Shown here in pieces: positions 9,265-20,800 of a DNA stretch of 64,000 nt. Origin of the DNA: Polyangiales bacterium (GTDB taxonomy: Bacteria; Myxococcota_A; Polyangia; Polyangiales; Ga0077539); the NCBI GenBank assembly GCA_044229975.1, contig JBGARZ010000005.1, positions 320,001 to 384,000 of the forward strand, read 5' to 3'. A program made the position numbers and the translations under genes. How positions within the stretch are numbered: the first letter of the stretch is position 1; every line of letters starts with the position of its first letter. The notes beneath the pieces are model-generated. The model was not told the origin of the DNA and did no database searches. It saw nothing but the letters and a program-made list of their open reading frames with translations.

Positions 9265-11094
9265 CTACGGCACCGCGCAGGCGTACTGCGCCACGGTGCT
9301 GAAGGGCACCGGCAGGCAGCGCTCGGCCTGCACGCAGTCGCGGTCGGAGGTGCACCCCTGCCGCTGCACCTGCTCGGCCCACTGCGCGATGTGGTTGCCC
9401 TCGTTGATCGCCTGAAACGGCAGCCAGAACGCCGACGTGCTCGCCTCGATGCCGCCCGCCCGCCCCGGCCTGAATGCCGCCATCCAGAGCTGCGAGGTTC
9501 GCATCGCCGCCTCGCGCGTCTGCTGCCGCAAGCGCAGCCCGTAGTCGCGCCGACTGGAGAACGTGAACCACATCAGCGGCTCTCCGCCGAAGCGCTGCAC
9601 GAAGGGCGCCCACTTCGGCCACGAGTTGCCGACGCCCTCCGCGAGGTCGGCCCGCGCGAGGTGCGTCGGCGCGCCACCGCCCGCCGGGACCACCCAGAGC
9701 TGCGCGTCGATGTTGTGGTTGGAGCTGCCCGTCGCGCGGTTGAAGAGCACCCACCCGTCGTCGGGTGAATACGAGGGATAGTAATTGTTGTCGCGCACGC
9801 CGGAGGCCGTGACCAGGGTCGTGGCGGCGCCGAAGGCCGAGCCGCTCCAGGGCATCACGACGAGGTCGGCCGGGCCGTTGTGGCCAGGCGTTCCGAAGAG
9901 CGGGAAGAAGGTGCGCGGCCGCGAGAACACCGCCGAGCGACCACCGCGCGCCCAGTCGGGGTGCGAGCCCGAAGGGCCACCCGGAAGACCAGGAACCTCG
10001 GCGCCCGTGACCGGGTCGCGGAGCGCCATGCGGTTGCCATCGCTGGTGAGGAGCCACCGGAGGTCGGGGGAGAAGGTTCCGAAGTTGGCGCCGTAGGCGG
10101 GTGAGGTCGTGGCGCGCGTGGTGACGTCGTAGATCTGCGTGGCCGCGGGGCCCGGGATGAAGCGCCCCGCCATGAGACGCGAACCGTCGCGCGACAGCAC
10201 GTGGCAGCCGATGCAGTTGATGGGGTCGCCGCGCAGGAAGGGCTCCGGGCGCGCGCCGGGTCGACCGAACTCGTAGCGGTTGATGCTCCCGCTCGCCGAC
10301 CAGTAGTAGAGCCCGCCGCGGACGTCGAAGTTGGTCACGCCGAGGGCGCGCGTGACCGAGCGACCGACCCCACCACCCGCCGCGGTCGTGCCGCGCACGC
10401 TGAGCGTGACGTTGCCCGAGGGCTGCGCGACGCGGGCGAGCTCGATGTACGCGGCCTCGTTGAGGCTGAACACGCACCCGTCTGCGACCACCGTGCAGCG
10501 GGTGAACACACGCAGCGCGCCGCGGTCACCGCGGAACGCCACCTCGAAGAGGTCGTTGCCCGTGCCGGGACGGAAGTGCACCTCGAAGCCGGTGAGGTTG
10601 GGCGGGAGGAGCGTTCCCTCTTCGGGGTAGACGATGGTCGGGGCGCGACCGGACTCGTCGGCGCCGCCGAAGCGAGCGGCGCTGTCGGTGGGCGCACCCG
10701 TTGCGATCACGTCGATGTCGCGCGGGGTCGGATCGCCCGCGTCGCGCTCGGCCGACCACGCATCGCCAAGCACCACGCCGAAGCCCGCGTCGCGGCCGAC
10801 GTCGACGGGCGCGGGGCGATCGACGGGCACCGCGGGCACGTCCATGGGTGAGACGGTGGGGATGTCCTCGGGCTCGGCCGGAACGTCGTCGGGCTCGGTC
10901 GGGACATCGACCTCCGCGACGGGGCGATCGACGCTCGTGGTGGGCACGTCACGGCGCACGCCGGTATCGCGCACGCCGGTATCGCGTACGGTCGTGCCCG
11001 CGTCGCGGCGGACGACGAGGGGCGCTTCGTCCTGCGCGGCGCACGCGGTGAGGGTGAGGGCGAGCGCGGCGATCACGGCGAGCGGTCGGGCCAT
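9265..11094 (-). CDS. TolB-like beta-propeller lipoprotein (myxobacterial type)
   Basis: Lipobox LTAC, D/P-rich linker, IVYPEEGTLLPPN, CIGCH, YYPSYSPD and NSWPKWAP (PD40-like repeats), Cys-rich tail. Confidence 0.8.
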   Translation of the reverse strand: MARPLAVIAALALTLTACAAQDEAPLVVRRDAGTTVRDTGVRDTGVRRDVPTTSVDRPVAEVDVPTEPDDVPAEPEDIPTVSPMDVPAVPVDRPAPVDVGRDAGFGVVLGDAWSAERDAGDPTPRDIDVIATGAPTDSAARFGGADESGRAPTIVYPEEGTLLPPNLTGFEVHFRPGTGNDLFEVAFRGDRGALRVFTRCTVVADGCVFSLNEAAYIELARVAQPSGNVTLSVRGTTAAGGGVGRSVTRALGVTNFDVRGGLYYWSASGSINRYEFGRPGARPEPFLRGDPINCIGCHVLSRDGSRLMAGRFIPGPAATQIYDVTTRATTSPAYGANFGTFSPDLRWLLTSDGNRMALRDPVTGAEVPGLPGGPSGSHPDWARGGRSAVFSRPRTFFPLFGTPGHNGPADLVVMPWSGSAFGAATTLVTASGVRDNNYYPSYSPDDGWVLFNRATGSSNHNIDAQLWVVPAGGGAPTHLARADLAEGVGNSWPKWAPFVQRFGGEPLMWFTFSSRRDYGLRLRQQTREAAMRTSQLWMAAFRPGRAGGIEASTSAFWLPFQAINEGNHIAQWAEQVQRQGCTSDRDCVQAERCLPVPFSTVAQYACAVP

Positions 11095-11141
11095 GGCCGC
11101 GAATCTAACCCGCATCGGCCCGCGTGATACTCGTACCGCCG

Positions 11142-13712
11142 ATGAAACTCCGTCGCGCCCGTCCCCTCGCCGCGTCACTCGTCCTCCTCGCGTGCTCGTC
11201 CGACCCGACGCCGACGAACACCCCCGACGCGTCGACCGACGCCGCCACCGACCGGCCGCGCGCCGACGTCCCCGTGGTGACGCAGTGCACCCGCACCGCG
11301 CCACTGGAGCCCGATGCGACGTCGCCGACCGTGCGGCTCGGCGCGCCGGTGACCATCACCCGCGACGCGCTGGGCATCCCCCACATCGAGGGGCAGACCG
11401 ACGACGACGTGATGTACGCCGCGGGGTACGCGCAGGCCGTCGACCGGATGTTCCAGATGGAGCTGGTGCGGCGCACGGCGCGAGGCCGGGCCGCCGAGGT
11501 GTTGGGGCGGGACAAGCTCTCGCAGGACCAGCTCGTGCGGATGGTGGGCATCCCCCACTGGGGCCACCAGAGCGCGCTGCGCGTGGCGCAGGAGCACCCC
11601 GAGACGCACCGGCTCATCGCGGCCTGGGTGGCGGGCGTCAACCGCCGCGTCGACGAGATCAACGCCGGCACCGTGCCGAAGCCGCCCGGGTTTCGCGCGA
11701 CGGAGTTCGACTTCGCGCCCGCCCGCTGGACCACCGACGACCCCTACCTCATCGGCCGCCTCCAGCTCTTCCGCAACGCGAGCCAGATCGACTACGACGT
11801 GCTCTCCACCGTCGCCCGCCGGTACGTCCCGCGCGCCGCGGCGCTGCCGCTCATCAACTCGCTCGGGAGCGCGTTCATCGTCCCGCCCGAGGAGCGCCCC
11901 GCCCCCGCGGTGCGAGCCCAGCAGGCGCCCCGCGACACGGGCACCCGACTCGCCAACTTCCTCCAGCGCATGTCTCCGCTCTCGGGCGGAGCGAGCAACA
12001 ACTGGGCAATCGCGGGGCGTCACAGCGCCAATGGTCGGCCGTTGCTGGCGGGCGATCCGCACCAGCCGTTGCAGAGCCCGACGGTGTTCTGGGCGCACCA
12101 CATGCGCAGCGCCGCGAGCGGTGGGCTCGACGTGGTGGGCTTCGCCTTCGCGGGCGCGCCCTTCGTCAACCTCGGGCACAACCGCCACGTCGCGTGGACG
12201 GCCACCACCGCGTACCCCGACACCATGGACCTCTTCGAGGTCATCGCCGGGAGCAACACCATCACCCTCGGCGGCGACTCGTACTCCGTGGTGCCGTGCC
12301 GCGAGCGCATCGCCGTCCGCGGCGGTGAGATGGTCGACCAGGTGGTCGAGGAGGTTCCGGGCCTCGGGGTGCTGCTGCCCGACGACCTCGCCCCGCTGCC
12401 CATCACCGAGAAGAACAACCGGGTGCTCTTCCGCTGGGCCGGCGAGCGCGCGACCGAGGAGGCCGACGTCTTCCTCGCCTTCAACCGCGCGACCGACGTG
12501 GCGGCCTTCGACGCGGCGGTGCGGCGCATGGAGATCGGCGCCTTCAACTTCATCTCGGCCGACGCACGGGACATCAGCTACCGCTCGCGGGTGCTCATCC
12601 CCGACCGCGGCGACACCCGCACCTTGGGCGCGCCGTACTCGGTGCTCGACGGCGCCAACCTCCGCAACCTGTGGACGGGCGACTTCCTGAGCGACGACCA
12701 GCAGCCGCACTCGCGCGGCGGAACGCGCGGCTTCCTCTGCTCGGCCAACAACGACCCCTTCGGGTTTACGAGCAACGGGCGCCTCGACGACGACCCCTGG
12801 TACTACGGCGTGTGGTTCGACCCGGGGCCCCGCGCGGCGCGCATCGAGTCCGAGCTCACGCGGCTCACGGCGGCGGGCAACGTCACCCGCGTCGACATGC
12901 AGCGGCTCCAGCTCGACACGTACAACCGCCTCGCCGACGACATGCTCCCGTCGCTCGCCGAGGCCGTCGCGCACATCCCCACCGACCCGGCACTCGCGAT
13001 GTACGTCGGTGACGCGCGCCTCGCCTCCCTCGCCGCGCAGCTCGCCGCGTGGGACCACCGCATGGACCGCGCGGCCTCGGCCCCGGTGGTGTTCGAGGCC
13101 TTCGAACATTTCTATGCGCGGCAGGTGCTGGCCGACGACCTCGACGTGATGTTCGACCCGCTCATCGCCAACGCGCCGGTGTACGTGATGAAGCTGCTCG
13201 CGCTGGTCATCAACGGCCGCTCGCCGATGGCCGCCCAGTACCTCCAGGGGGGACGCGACGTGCTGGCGTTGCGGGCGCTGGCGCAGACCCGCGACTGGCT
13301 CACGACGCGCTTCGGCGGGGTCGAGGCGACGCGTTACACCTGGGGGCAGTTCCACACGTCGCGGCCGACGACGCTGTTCACGCCGGAGGGACCGTTTGCG
13401 GTGGCGGCGGCGCCGGTCGACGGGTCGTTTGCGACGGTCAACGTCTCCGAAGGGGAGTTCTTCAACGGGACGACGGTGCGCGAGACGATGGAGTCGCACC
13501 ACGCGCCGGGCTACCGGATGGTCATCGGCTTCAACGACGACGGGACACCCGCGGCGACGGTGAACTTCCCGCGCGGCAACTCCGGCGACCCGATGTCCCG
13601 CTTCTACGCCAACACCCAGGCCGACTGGGACAGCGGCACCTACCAGCCGGTGCCCTACGAGCGCGCGTCCATCGACGCCGCCATGCAGGAGCGCACGACG
13701 CTCATGCCGTAG
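11142..13712 (+). CDS. Penicillin acylase / AHL-acylase family Ntn-hydrolase, lipoprotein
   Basis: Lipobox LLAC, RDALGIPHI, GYAQAVDRMFQM, catalytic ASNNWAIAG...LLAGDPH, SANN and GNSG. Confidence 0.92.
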   Translation: MKLRRARPLAASLVLLACSSDPTPTNTPDASTDAATDRPRADVPVVTQCTRTAPLEPDATSPTVRLGAPVTITRDALGIPHIEGQTDDDVMYAAGYAQAVDRMFQMELVRRTARGRAAEVLGRDKLSQDQLVRMVGIPHWGHQSALRVAQEHPETHRLIAAWVAGVNRRVDEINAGTVPKPPGFRATEFDFAPARWTTDDPYLIGRLQLFRNASQIDYDVLSTVARRYVPRAAALPLINSLGSAFIVPPEERPAPAVRAQQAPRDTGTRLANFLQRMSPLSGGASNNWAIAGRHSANGRPLLAGDPHQPLQSPTVFWAHHMRSAASGGLDVVGFAFAGAPFVNLGHNRHVAWTATTAYPDTMDLFEVIAGSNTITLGGDSYSVVPCRERIAVRGGEMVDQVVEEVPGLGVLLPDDLAPLPITEKNNRVLFRWAGERATEEADVFLAFNRATDVAAFDAAVRRMEIGAFNFISADARDISYRSRVLIPDRGDTRTLGAPYSVLDGANLRNLWTGDFLSDDQQPHSRGGTRGFLCSANNDPFGFTSNGRLDDDPWYYGVWFDPGPRAARIESELTRLTAAGNVTRVDMQRLQLDTYNRLADDMLPSLAEAVAHIPTDPALAMYVGDARLASLAAQLAAWDHRMDRAASAPVVFEAFEHFYARQVLADDLDVMFDPLIANAPVYVMKLLALVINGRSPMAAQYLQGGRDVLALRALAQTRDWLTTRFGGVEATRYTWGQFHTSRPTTLFTPEGPFAVAAAPVDGSFATVNVSEGEFFNGTTVRETMESHHAPGYRMVIGFNDDGTPAATVNFPRGNSGDPMSRFYANTQADWDSGTYQPVPYERASIDAAMQERTTLMP

Positions 13713-13801
13713 CGACGCTTCGAACTCTGCGCTTTCCTGCGTCGTCGAGGCCGCATCCGGTGTTAGCGTGCGGCAGCGCGCCGCAGGAGGGTGCAGCACC
13801 G

Positions 13802-16800
13802 ATGGCAGGCTCTGACGCGGCTCTCTATGCGCCCAGGCTCCAGGTCGAACGCATGCTGCGGCGTCACGCTGCGGGCGGTGCGGCGACCGAGCCCGACATC
13901 GTCCACGGTGCCTTCCTCCTCATCGACGTGGTGGGCTTCTCGCGCGTGGCGGCCGAGCTGTCCGCCCGCGGAGCCCTCGGCGCCGAGGAGCTCTCGCGGT
14001 TGGTGATCCCGCTCTTCGCGACGGTGACCGACGCGGCGGTGGGCATGGGCGGCGACATCCTCTACTTCGCGGGCGACGCGGTGGGCGTGGCCTTCCCGCG
14101 CGCCGACGGCGAGGCCGAGCATCAGCCCGTCCTCCGCGCGTGTCAGGCGGCGCTCGACGCGCTGGCCGAGACCAGCGCCCTCGTGGCCGAGCGCGGCGAG
14201 AAGATCCGCGTGCGCGCGGCCATCGGCTGGGGCGAGTGCTCCGTCGTCGAGGCGGGCGGCTACCAGGGCCACTGGCAGACCTTCGTTCATGGCGATGGCA
14301 TCGAAGACCTCGCGCGCGCCGACCGCTCGGCCGCCGAAGGAACACTCACGCTCAGCGCCGACGCCTTCGCGGTGGCGCGCCAGCACCTCGACGCCACGAC
14401 CATCGCCGGTGGAGTCGTCCGCGTGAGCGCGCTTCGTCAGCGGGTCGTGCCGGCCGAGCGACGCGCGCTGGAGTGTCCCCCAGAGGTGCTGGAGACGCTG
14501 GCCGCGGTGATTCCGCCGTCGGTGCAGTACCGCCTCGCGAGCGGCGTGCGCAACCTCATCGCGGAGTTTCGTCCGGTGACGGCGGTGTTTGCGCGGATCC
14601 ACGGGCTCGACCTGCGCGCGGCCGACTCTCCCTTCCAGAACGCCGTCGCCGCCGTGCAGCGCGCCATCTCCGACGCGGGCGGCGTGGTGCACGCCGTCAT
14701 CGGCGACAAGGGGGTCGGGGTGCTGGGTGTCTTCGGCGTTCCGCCCTTGGCCCACGAGGACGACGCCGCGCGGGCGATGGACGCCTCCATCGAGATGCAG
14801 TCCCGGCTGCGCCGCCTCGGCGTCTCGGCCTCGGTCGGCGTCGCGAGCGGAACGGTCTTCTGCACCGAGCACGGCGCGAGCGAGCGCCGGGGCTTCGACG
14901 TCGTGGGCGCGACGCTGGTGCTCGCCGCGCGGCTCATGCAGCTCGCCGACGCGGGCACCACCCTCTGCGACGAGCAGACGCAGCGCCTCGCCGACCGCCA
15001 CGGCCACTCGTTCAACCCGCGCGCCGCGGCCCACCTCAAGGGCTTCGCCCAGCCGGTGCCCAGCTTCGTGGCGCTCGGTCGACAGTCCGAGCGACCGCGT
15101 CGGCAGAGCGCCTTCTTCGGTCGCGCCGACGACCTGCATCGCCTCGATCGGCAGCTCGTGGCGCTCGTCGGCGGCGCCTCGCCGGGCGTCACCTGGATCG
15201 AGGGCGAGGCCGGCATCGGCAAGAGCACGCTGGTGCAGGCGCTGGTGGACCTCGCCGCGACGCGCTCGGTCGCCCTCGTGATGGGCGGCGCCGACGCGGT
15301 CGAAGCGCAGACGCCGTACTACTCGCTGCGCGGCGTGGTGCGCAGCCTCGCGGGCGCCCCCATCGAGCTCGCGCCCGACGCGGCGCGCGAGAAGGTCGTG
15401 CGCTGGGTGCGCGAGACAACGCCCGAGCACGCGTGGCTCACGGGGCTGCTCGAAGGCATCGTCCCGCTCGACCTGCCGGTGAGCGACGAGCTCAAGACCA
15501 TGGACGCCGCGGCCCGCGTCGACCGCCTCGCCGAGCTCATGGCCGCGCTCGTCGCCGGGGAGAGCGAGCGCCGCCCATTGGTGATCGTGCTCGAAGACCT
15601 CCACTGGCTCGGCTCCGAGACCTGGAACGTCCTCCGCGCCATCGCCGAGCGCGCCCCGCGCGTGTGGCTGGTGGGCACCTTCCGCCCGCTCGATCAGGAG
15701 CCCGCCATGGTGACCGCCCACGGCGAGCGCGTGCGCCTCACCGGGCTCCAGCGCGAGGGCACCGCCGCCCTCGTGGCGCGCCGCCTCGGCGTCGGGACGG
15801 CGCCCGACGAGCTCGTCGAGTTCGTGCACGAGCGCTCCGAGGGCAACCCGTTGTTCATCGAGGAGATCGTGAGCTCGCTCGTCGAGGCCGACGCCGTGCA
15901 CGTGCGTGACGGCGCGGTGGTCTCCGACGGCAACGTGAGCGCGGTTCCGCTGCCCACGACCATTACGGGCGTGGTGACCGCGCGCCTCGACCGCCTCGCG
16001 CTCCAGGTGCTCACCATCGCCAAGGTCGCCTCGGTCATCGGGCGCTCGTTTGCGCGCGACCTGCTCGCCGCCATCCTGCCCGACGACGAGCTCGCGCCGC
16101 AGCTCGGCGCCTCGCTCGACACCCTGGTCGCGCAGCGCTTCATCCAGCTCGAACCCGGCCTCGCCGACGTCTGGGTCTTCCGCCACGCGCTCATTCAAGA
16201 AGCCAGCTACGCGCTGCTCCCCTTCGCGCAGCGCCGCCCCCTGCACCGCGCCGCCGCCGCGCACATCGAGCGCGACCACGGGGCCGACCCCGCGTACGCC
16301 GGTCGGCTCGCGCACCACTACACCGAGGCCGACGAGGCCGACGCCGCGAGCCGCTACTGCGCCGTCGCCGGTCGCCTCGCCCTCGACGCGTACGCCCACA
16401 CCGCCACCATCGCCCTGCTCGAACGCGCGATGACCTTCGACATCCGCGTGCGCGGCGAGCTGGCGCTCGACAACCGCCGCGCCGCGTGGTGCCGGCAGAT
16501 CGCCGAGGCCCACCAGTACCAGCTCCACCACCAGGAGGCGCTCGACTGGTACGCCCGCGCCTGGACCCTCGCCGGGTGGAGCGCCCCGCGCGCCGGCCTG
16601 CGCACCCTCGCCGAGCTCTGGACCAACCTCTCGCGCCGCTGGTGGCCACCTAGACCGACCCGCGACCCCGCGCTCCTCGCGCGGTGTGAGCAGGTGCTCG
16701 CGAGCGCCGCGGACATGTGCTCGATCCTCATCTTCGCGGGGCAGACGACCAACTACCTCCACGCGGCCCTCGCGTCGGACAACGTCGGCCGCCTCGTCGA

Positions 16801-17836
16801 GCGCGGGCGCTTCGTGGCCGAGACGCGGGCGTCCATCGGATTCCTGCTCGTGGCGCTGAAGCTGCCGCGCGCGGGCATGGCCGACCTCGACACCGCCTGC
16901 GCCCTCGCCGAGAGCGCGACCGACGGCCACACCGCGGCGCCCTTCACCATCCGCGGTATGGCCCTGGTGGTGCTCGGCCGCGTCGAGGAGTCCCTCCCCT
17001 CGCACCGCCGCGCCATGGAGATCGCCGAGCGCTTCTCGGCGGGCCTCTGGCGCCACCGCACGCTCTTCATGTGCGCCGAGGCGACGCTCATGCTCGGCCG
17101 CTACGAGGAGACCGTCGCGCTCATGTCGCGCTGCGTTCCCATCGCGCGCCTCGCCGAGCCGTCGAGCGCGGGCCACGCCACGGCCATCATCGCCCTCTGC
17201 AAGCTGCGCACAGGAACCGCCGCCGCCGAGGTCATCGCCGACCTCGACGGGCCGCTCGGCGTCGCGATCACCGCGGGCGACAAGGCACTCCACAGATTCT
17301 CGGCGAAGGCCCTGCTCGCCTGGGCGTGCTGGGGCGACGGCAAGACCGACCGGGCCCTCGTCCTCGCGCGCGAGTCCATCGAGCTCGCGGCGGGCGGCGG
17401 CATGGAGTGCTTCTCGTACCTGCGCGCCATCGACGGGCACCTGCACCTCGTGCTGCTCTGCCTCGACGCCGTCGCGCGCGCCTCTGACGCCAACCGCGCC
17501 GAGCGCGAAGCCCTCCTCGGCCGCGCGCTCGGTCACGTCCGCAAGCAGGCCAGGCTGCACCCGGTGCTCGCGGCGCACCGCGACCTCTGCGACGGCCTCG
17601 ACGCCGCGCGGCGCGGCGACACCACGCGCGCCCGCACGAGGTTCGCCCGCTCCATCGAGGCGGCCCGCACGATGTCGTTGCCCTGGGAGGAGGCGCAGGC
17701 CGCCCTCGGGCTCGCCCGACTCTCCACCGGCGCCGAGCGCGACACGCTGCTGCGACGCGCCGAGGCCATCGCCACCGACACCCACGACGCGCTCATCGCG
17801 CGCGACGTCACCCAAGCGACTCCACGCGAGGACTGA
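13802..17836 (+). CDS. Tandem class III nucleotide cyclase + STAND/AAA NTPase + TPR-like helical region (soluble adenylyl cyclase-like architecture)
   Basis: C1 LIDVVGFS and FAGDA; C2 GDKG and LAARLM; Walker A GEAGIGKST; Walker B LEDLHW; GNPLFIEE; FRHALIQE. GGAGG RBS before ATG 13802. Confidence 0.88.
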   Translation: MAGSDAALYAPRLQVERMLRRHAAGGAATEPDIVHGAFLLIDVVGFSRVAAELSARGALGAEELSRLVIPLFATVTDAAVGMGGDILYFAGDAVGVAFPRADGEAEHQPVLRACQAALDALAETSALVAERGEKIRVRAAIGWGECSVVEAGGYQGHWQTFVHGDGIEDLARADRSAAEGTLTLSADAFAVARQHLDATTIAGGVVRVSALRQRVVPAERRALECPPEVLETLAAVIPPSVQYRLASGVRNLIAEFRPVTAVFARIHGLDLRAADSPFQNAVAAVQRAISDAGGVVHAVIGDKGVGVLGVFGVPPLAHEDDAARAMDASIEMQSRLRRLGVSASVGVASGTVFCTEHGASERRGFDVVGATLVLAARLMQLADAGTTLCDEQTQRLADRHGHSFNPRAAAHLKGFAQPVPSFVALGRQSERPRRQSAFFGRADDLHRLDRQLVALVGGASPGVTWIEGEAGIGKSTLVQALVDLAATRSVALVMGGADAVEAQTPYYSLRGVVRSLAGAPIELAPDAAREKVVRWVRETTPEHAWLTGLLEGIVPLDLPVSDELKTMDAAARVDRLAELMAALVAGESERRPLVIVLEDLHWLGSETWNVLRAIAERAPRVWLVGTFRPLDQEPAMVTAHGERVRLTGLQREGTAALVARRLGVGTAPDELVEFVHERSEGNPLFIEEIVSSLVEADAVHVRDGAVVSDGNVSAVPLPTTITGVVTARLDRLALQVLTIAKVASVIGRSFARDLLAAILPDDELAPQLGASLDTLVAQRFIQLEPGLADVWVFRHALIQEASYALLPFAQRRPLHRAAAAHIERDHGADPAYAGRLAHHYTEADEADAASRYCAVAGRLALDAYAHTATIALLERAMTFDIRVRGELALDNRRAAWCRQIAEAHQYQLHHQEALDWYARAWTLAGWSAPRAGLRTLAELWTNLSRRWWPPRPTRDPALLARCEQVLASAADMCSILIFAGQTTNYLHAALASDNVGRLVERGRFVAETRASIGFLLVALKLPRAGMADLDTACALAESATDGHTAAPFTIRGMALVVLGRVEESLPSHRRAMEIAERFSAGLWRHRTLFMCAEATLMLGRYEETVALMSRCVPIARLAEPSSAGHATAIIALCKLRTGTAAAEVIADLDGPLGVAITAGDKALHRFSAKALLAWACWGDGKTDRALVLARESIELAAGGGMECFSYLRAIDGHLHLVLLCLDAVARASDANRAEREALLGRALGHVRKQARLHPVLAAHRDLCDGLDAARRGDTTRARTRFARSIEAARTMSLPWEEAQAALGLARLSTGAERDTLLRRAEAIATDTHDALIARDVTQATPRED

Positions 17837-17843
17837 AGCTCAC

Positions 17844-20800
17844 ATGACCGACGCACGGCACCGGGTTCTCATCGTAGGCGGCGGCCCGTCCGCCCTCAGC
17901 ACGGCGTGGGCGCTCACCGCGACCGCGGATCTGCGCGCACGGTACGACGTGACGGTGCTCCAGATGGGGTGGCGCCTCGGCGGCAAGGGGGCCAGCGGGC
18001 GCGACCTCGATCGCCACGCGCGCATCGAGGAGCACGGGCTCCACATCATGTTCGGCTTCTACGACAACTTCTTCCGGGTGATGAAGGAGACCTACGCCGA
18101 GCTCGGTCGCTCGCCCGATGCGCCGCTCGCCACCTTCGCCGACGCCTTCAACCCCGCCGAGAGCGGAACGCTCGAGTGGTACTACGACGACGTCTGGCGC
18201 CCGATCACCATCGGGCTGCCGCGCAACGAGGCCGAGCCTGGCACCGGGACGGTCTACGACAGCAGCGGCACGTACCTCTGGACGCTGGTCGCGGGCGCCA
18301 TCGGAGCGACGCTCGGCGCGCCCACCCTCGAACGCCTCCAGCACCTCATCTTCCCCTTCGGCAAGGCGTGGGACCGCGACCCTGGTGGCTCCGTCGCCGC
18401 GGGCCTGAGCGACCCGCTGGTCACCCTCTTCGTCGACCTGCTCAAGGCCCTGCTCGACGCTGCGTCCGCCGTCGACCGGGCCGCGCACGAGCTCGCGCCG
18501 GGGCTCATGGCCCTGCTCTCCAAGGCCGAGCGCGCCATCACGACGCTCGTCGAGCACGTCGTCGGGGGCGACTCCACCGCGGCGCTGGCGCTGTCGTTTC
18601 TCGACTTCGGGCAGGCGCTCCTGCGGGGCATCCTCGCCGACCGCGTGCTCGACCCCGGCGGCTTCGAGCGCATCGACAACGAAGACTGGGCCGACTGGCT
18701 GGTGCGCCACGGAATGCTCGACGAGCACCGCGACTGCCCCGGGGTGAAATTCGTGTACGACGCGGCGTTTTCGTACCCGCACGGCGGCAACAAGCCGCGC
18801 ATGGCCGCCGGCACCGCGATGCGCCTCCTCCTGCGCGTCGGCGGAACCTACAAGGGCGCCGCCTACTACAAGATGCAGGGAGCGATGGGCGACGTCATCA
18901 TCGCGCCGCTCTACCAGGTGCTGGCCGAGCGCGGCGTGACGTTTCGCTTCTTCCAGCAGGTGACGGCGGTCGAGGCCGAGGGCGACCGCCTCGCGCGGGT
19001 GCGCATCCAACCGCAGGCGGTGGTGTCCGCGGGAGCCGATCGCTACGACCCGCTGGTCACGGTGAAGGGCGTCCCGAGCTGGCCCAACCGCCCACAGTGG
19101 GACCAGCTCACCGGCTATCCCGCCGCGTGGCGCGATGACCCCTCGCACTTCGAGTCCTACTACGCCGACACGCCGATGCTCCCGGAGACGGTGCTCACCC
19201 AGGGCGTCGACTTCGACACCTGCGTGCTCGCGACGCCCATCCAGTGCCTGCCCTTCCTCGCGCCCGCCCTGTGCGCGCGACCGAAGTGGAACGCCATGGT
19301 GACCTCCATCCAGGCCGTGCAGACCGTCGCGGTGCAGCTCTGGTTCAAGAAGACGACGCACCAGCTCGGGTGGAAGGGTGAGGCGCCGCTCTTGAGCGAC
19401 TTCTCCGATCCGCTCAACACCTGGTGCGACATGACCCAGACGCTGGTGCGCGAGGAGTGGCCGACGGGGTCCGCCCCGACGAGCGTGCAGTACTTCACCG
19501 GGCAGCAGCCGGGGCCGACGGTGTGCCCGCCGCGCTCCGACCGCACCTTCCCCGCGCGCATGAAGGCCGAGGCGCTCGACGAGGTCGCCCGCTTCATGGA
19601 CTCGCAGCTCACCATCCTCCTGCCCGGCGCGGGGTCGCCCGTCGCGCCGCACGCGGTCGACGGCGCGCTGGTGGTCGACCGCTACGTGCGCAGCAACTGC
19701 GAGCCCTCCGAGCGCTGCACGCTCTCGCTCCCCGGCAGCAACCGCCACCGCATGCGCGCCGACGGGTCGGGCATCGAGCACCTGCGCCTCGCGGGCGACT
19801 GGCTCGACAACGGCCTCTACGCCGCGTGCCTCGAAGGCGCCATCATGGGCGGGCTCCTCTGCGCCAACACCTTCGACGGGGTGAAGCAACCGCTGGTGGG
19901 CGCGCGCTTCGACGACGGCGACATCGACCCCGCGCACGGGACGCGCCCGCCCGTCACGCCCGAGCGCCCCGCGGCGCCGCCGTGGGTGGCGCGCTACCGA
20001 CCCAGCAAGAAGGTGAAGGTCGCGGTGCTCGGCAGCGGGGTCGGCGCGATGACCGCGGTGTGGGGTCTCCTGCAATCGCCCTTCGCCGAGCGCTTCGAGA
20101 TCACCGTGTACCAGTACGGCTGGCGGCTCGGCGGCAAGTGCGCGAGCGGCCGGAAGATGGACGCCCACGCCCGCATCCAGGAGCACGGCCTGCACGTCTG
20201 GACCGGCATGTACGACAACGCCTTCCGCATGATGAAGACGGTGTACGCCGACCTCGCGCGGCCGCACGACGTGCCGCTCTCCACCTGGTACGACCCGAGC
20301 GACAAGAAGCGCAGCGCGTTCTGGCCGCACAGCGCCATCTCGCTCGGCGAGGTGAGCGGCGCGCACCCGGGGCTGTGGCAGATCGAGGCGCCGATCAACC
20401 GCGACACGCCCGGCAACGGCAAGCTGCTCGACTCACCGGGCGCCTACCTCATCGAGCTCGTCGAGATGGTGGAGGAGATGCTCTTCGGGGCGGACTTCCT
20501 CGCGCGGCAGCAGCACGAGGGCGGCGACGGCGCGCGGGGATTGCTCAGCTCGCTCGTGGGCGCGGTGGACTCCCTCGTGAAGGACAAGGACCCGGCGAAG
20601 GCCGCGTTTCGATTGCGTGTCGGGAGCCACTGGGCGCGCGATCTCTCGGCGCACATCCGCCGGGCCGAAGGGCTGGTGGACGGCGCCGTCGAAGACGCCA
20701 TCGAGCTCGCGCAGAAGCTGGTGCGCGCCTTCGAGCGGGAGTTCGTGGCGATCGACGCGGGCGACCTCGACGCGCGCCATGCGTTCGAGCTCATCGAGTT

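Noticed and set aside
13049..13801. N-terminal extension of the cyclase ORF to 1595 aa
   Set aside because: It overlaps the acylase gene in another frame. The RBS and domain start support ATG 13802.
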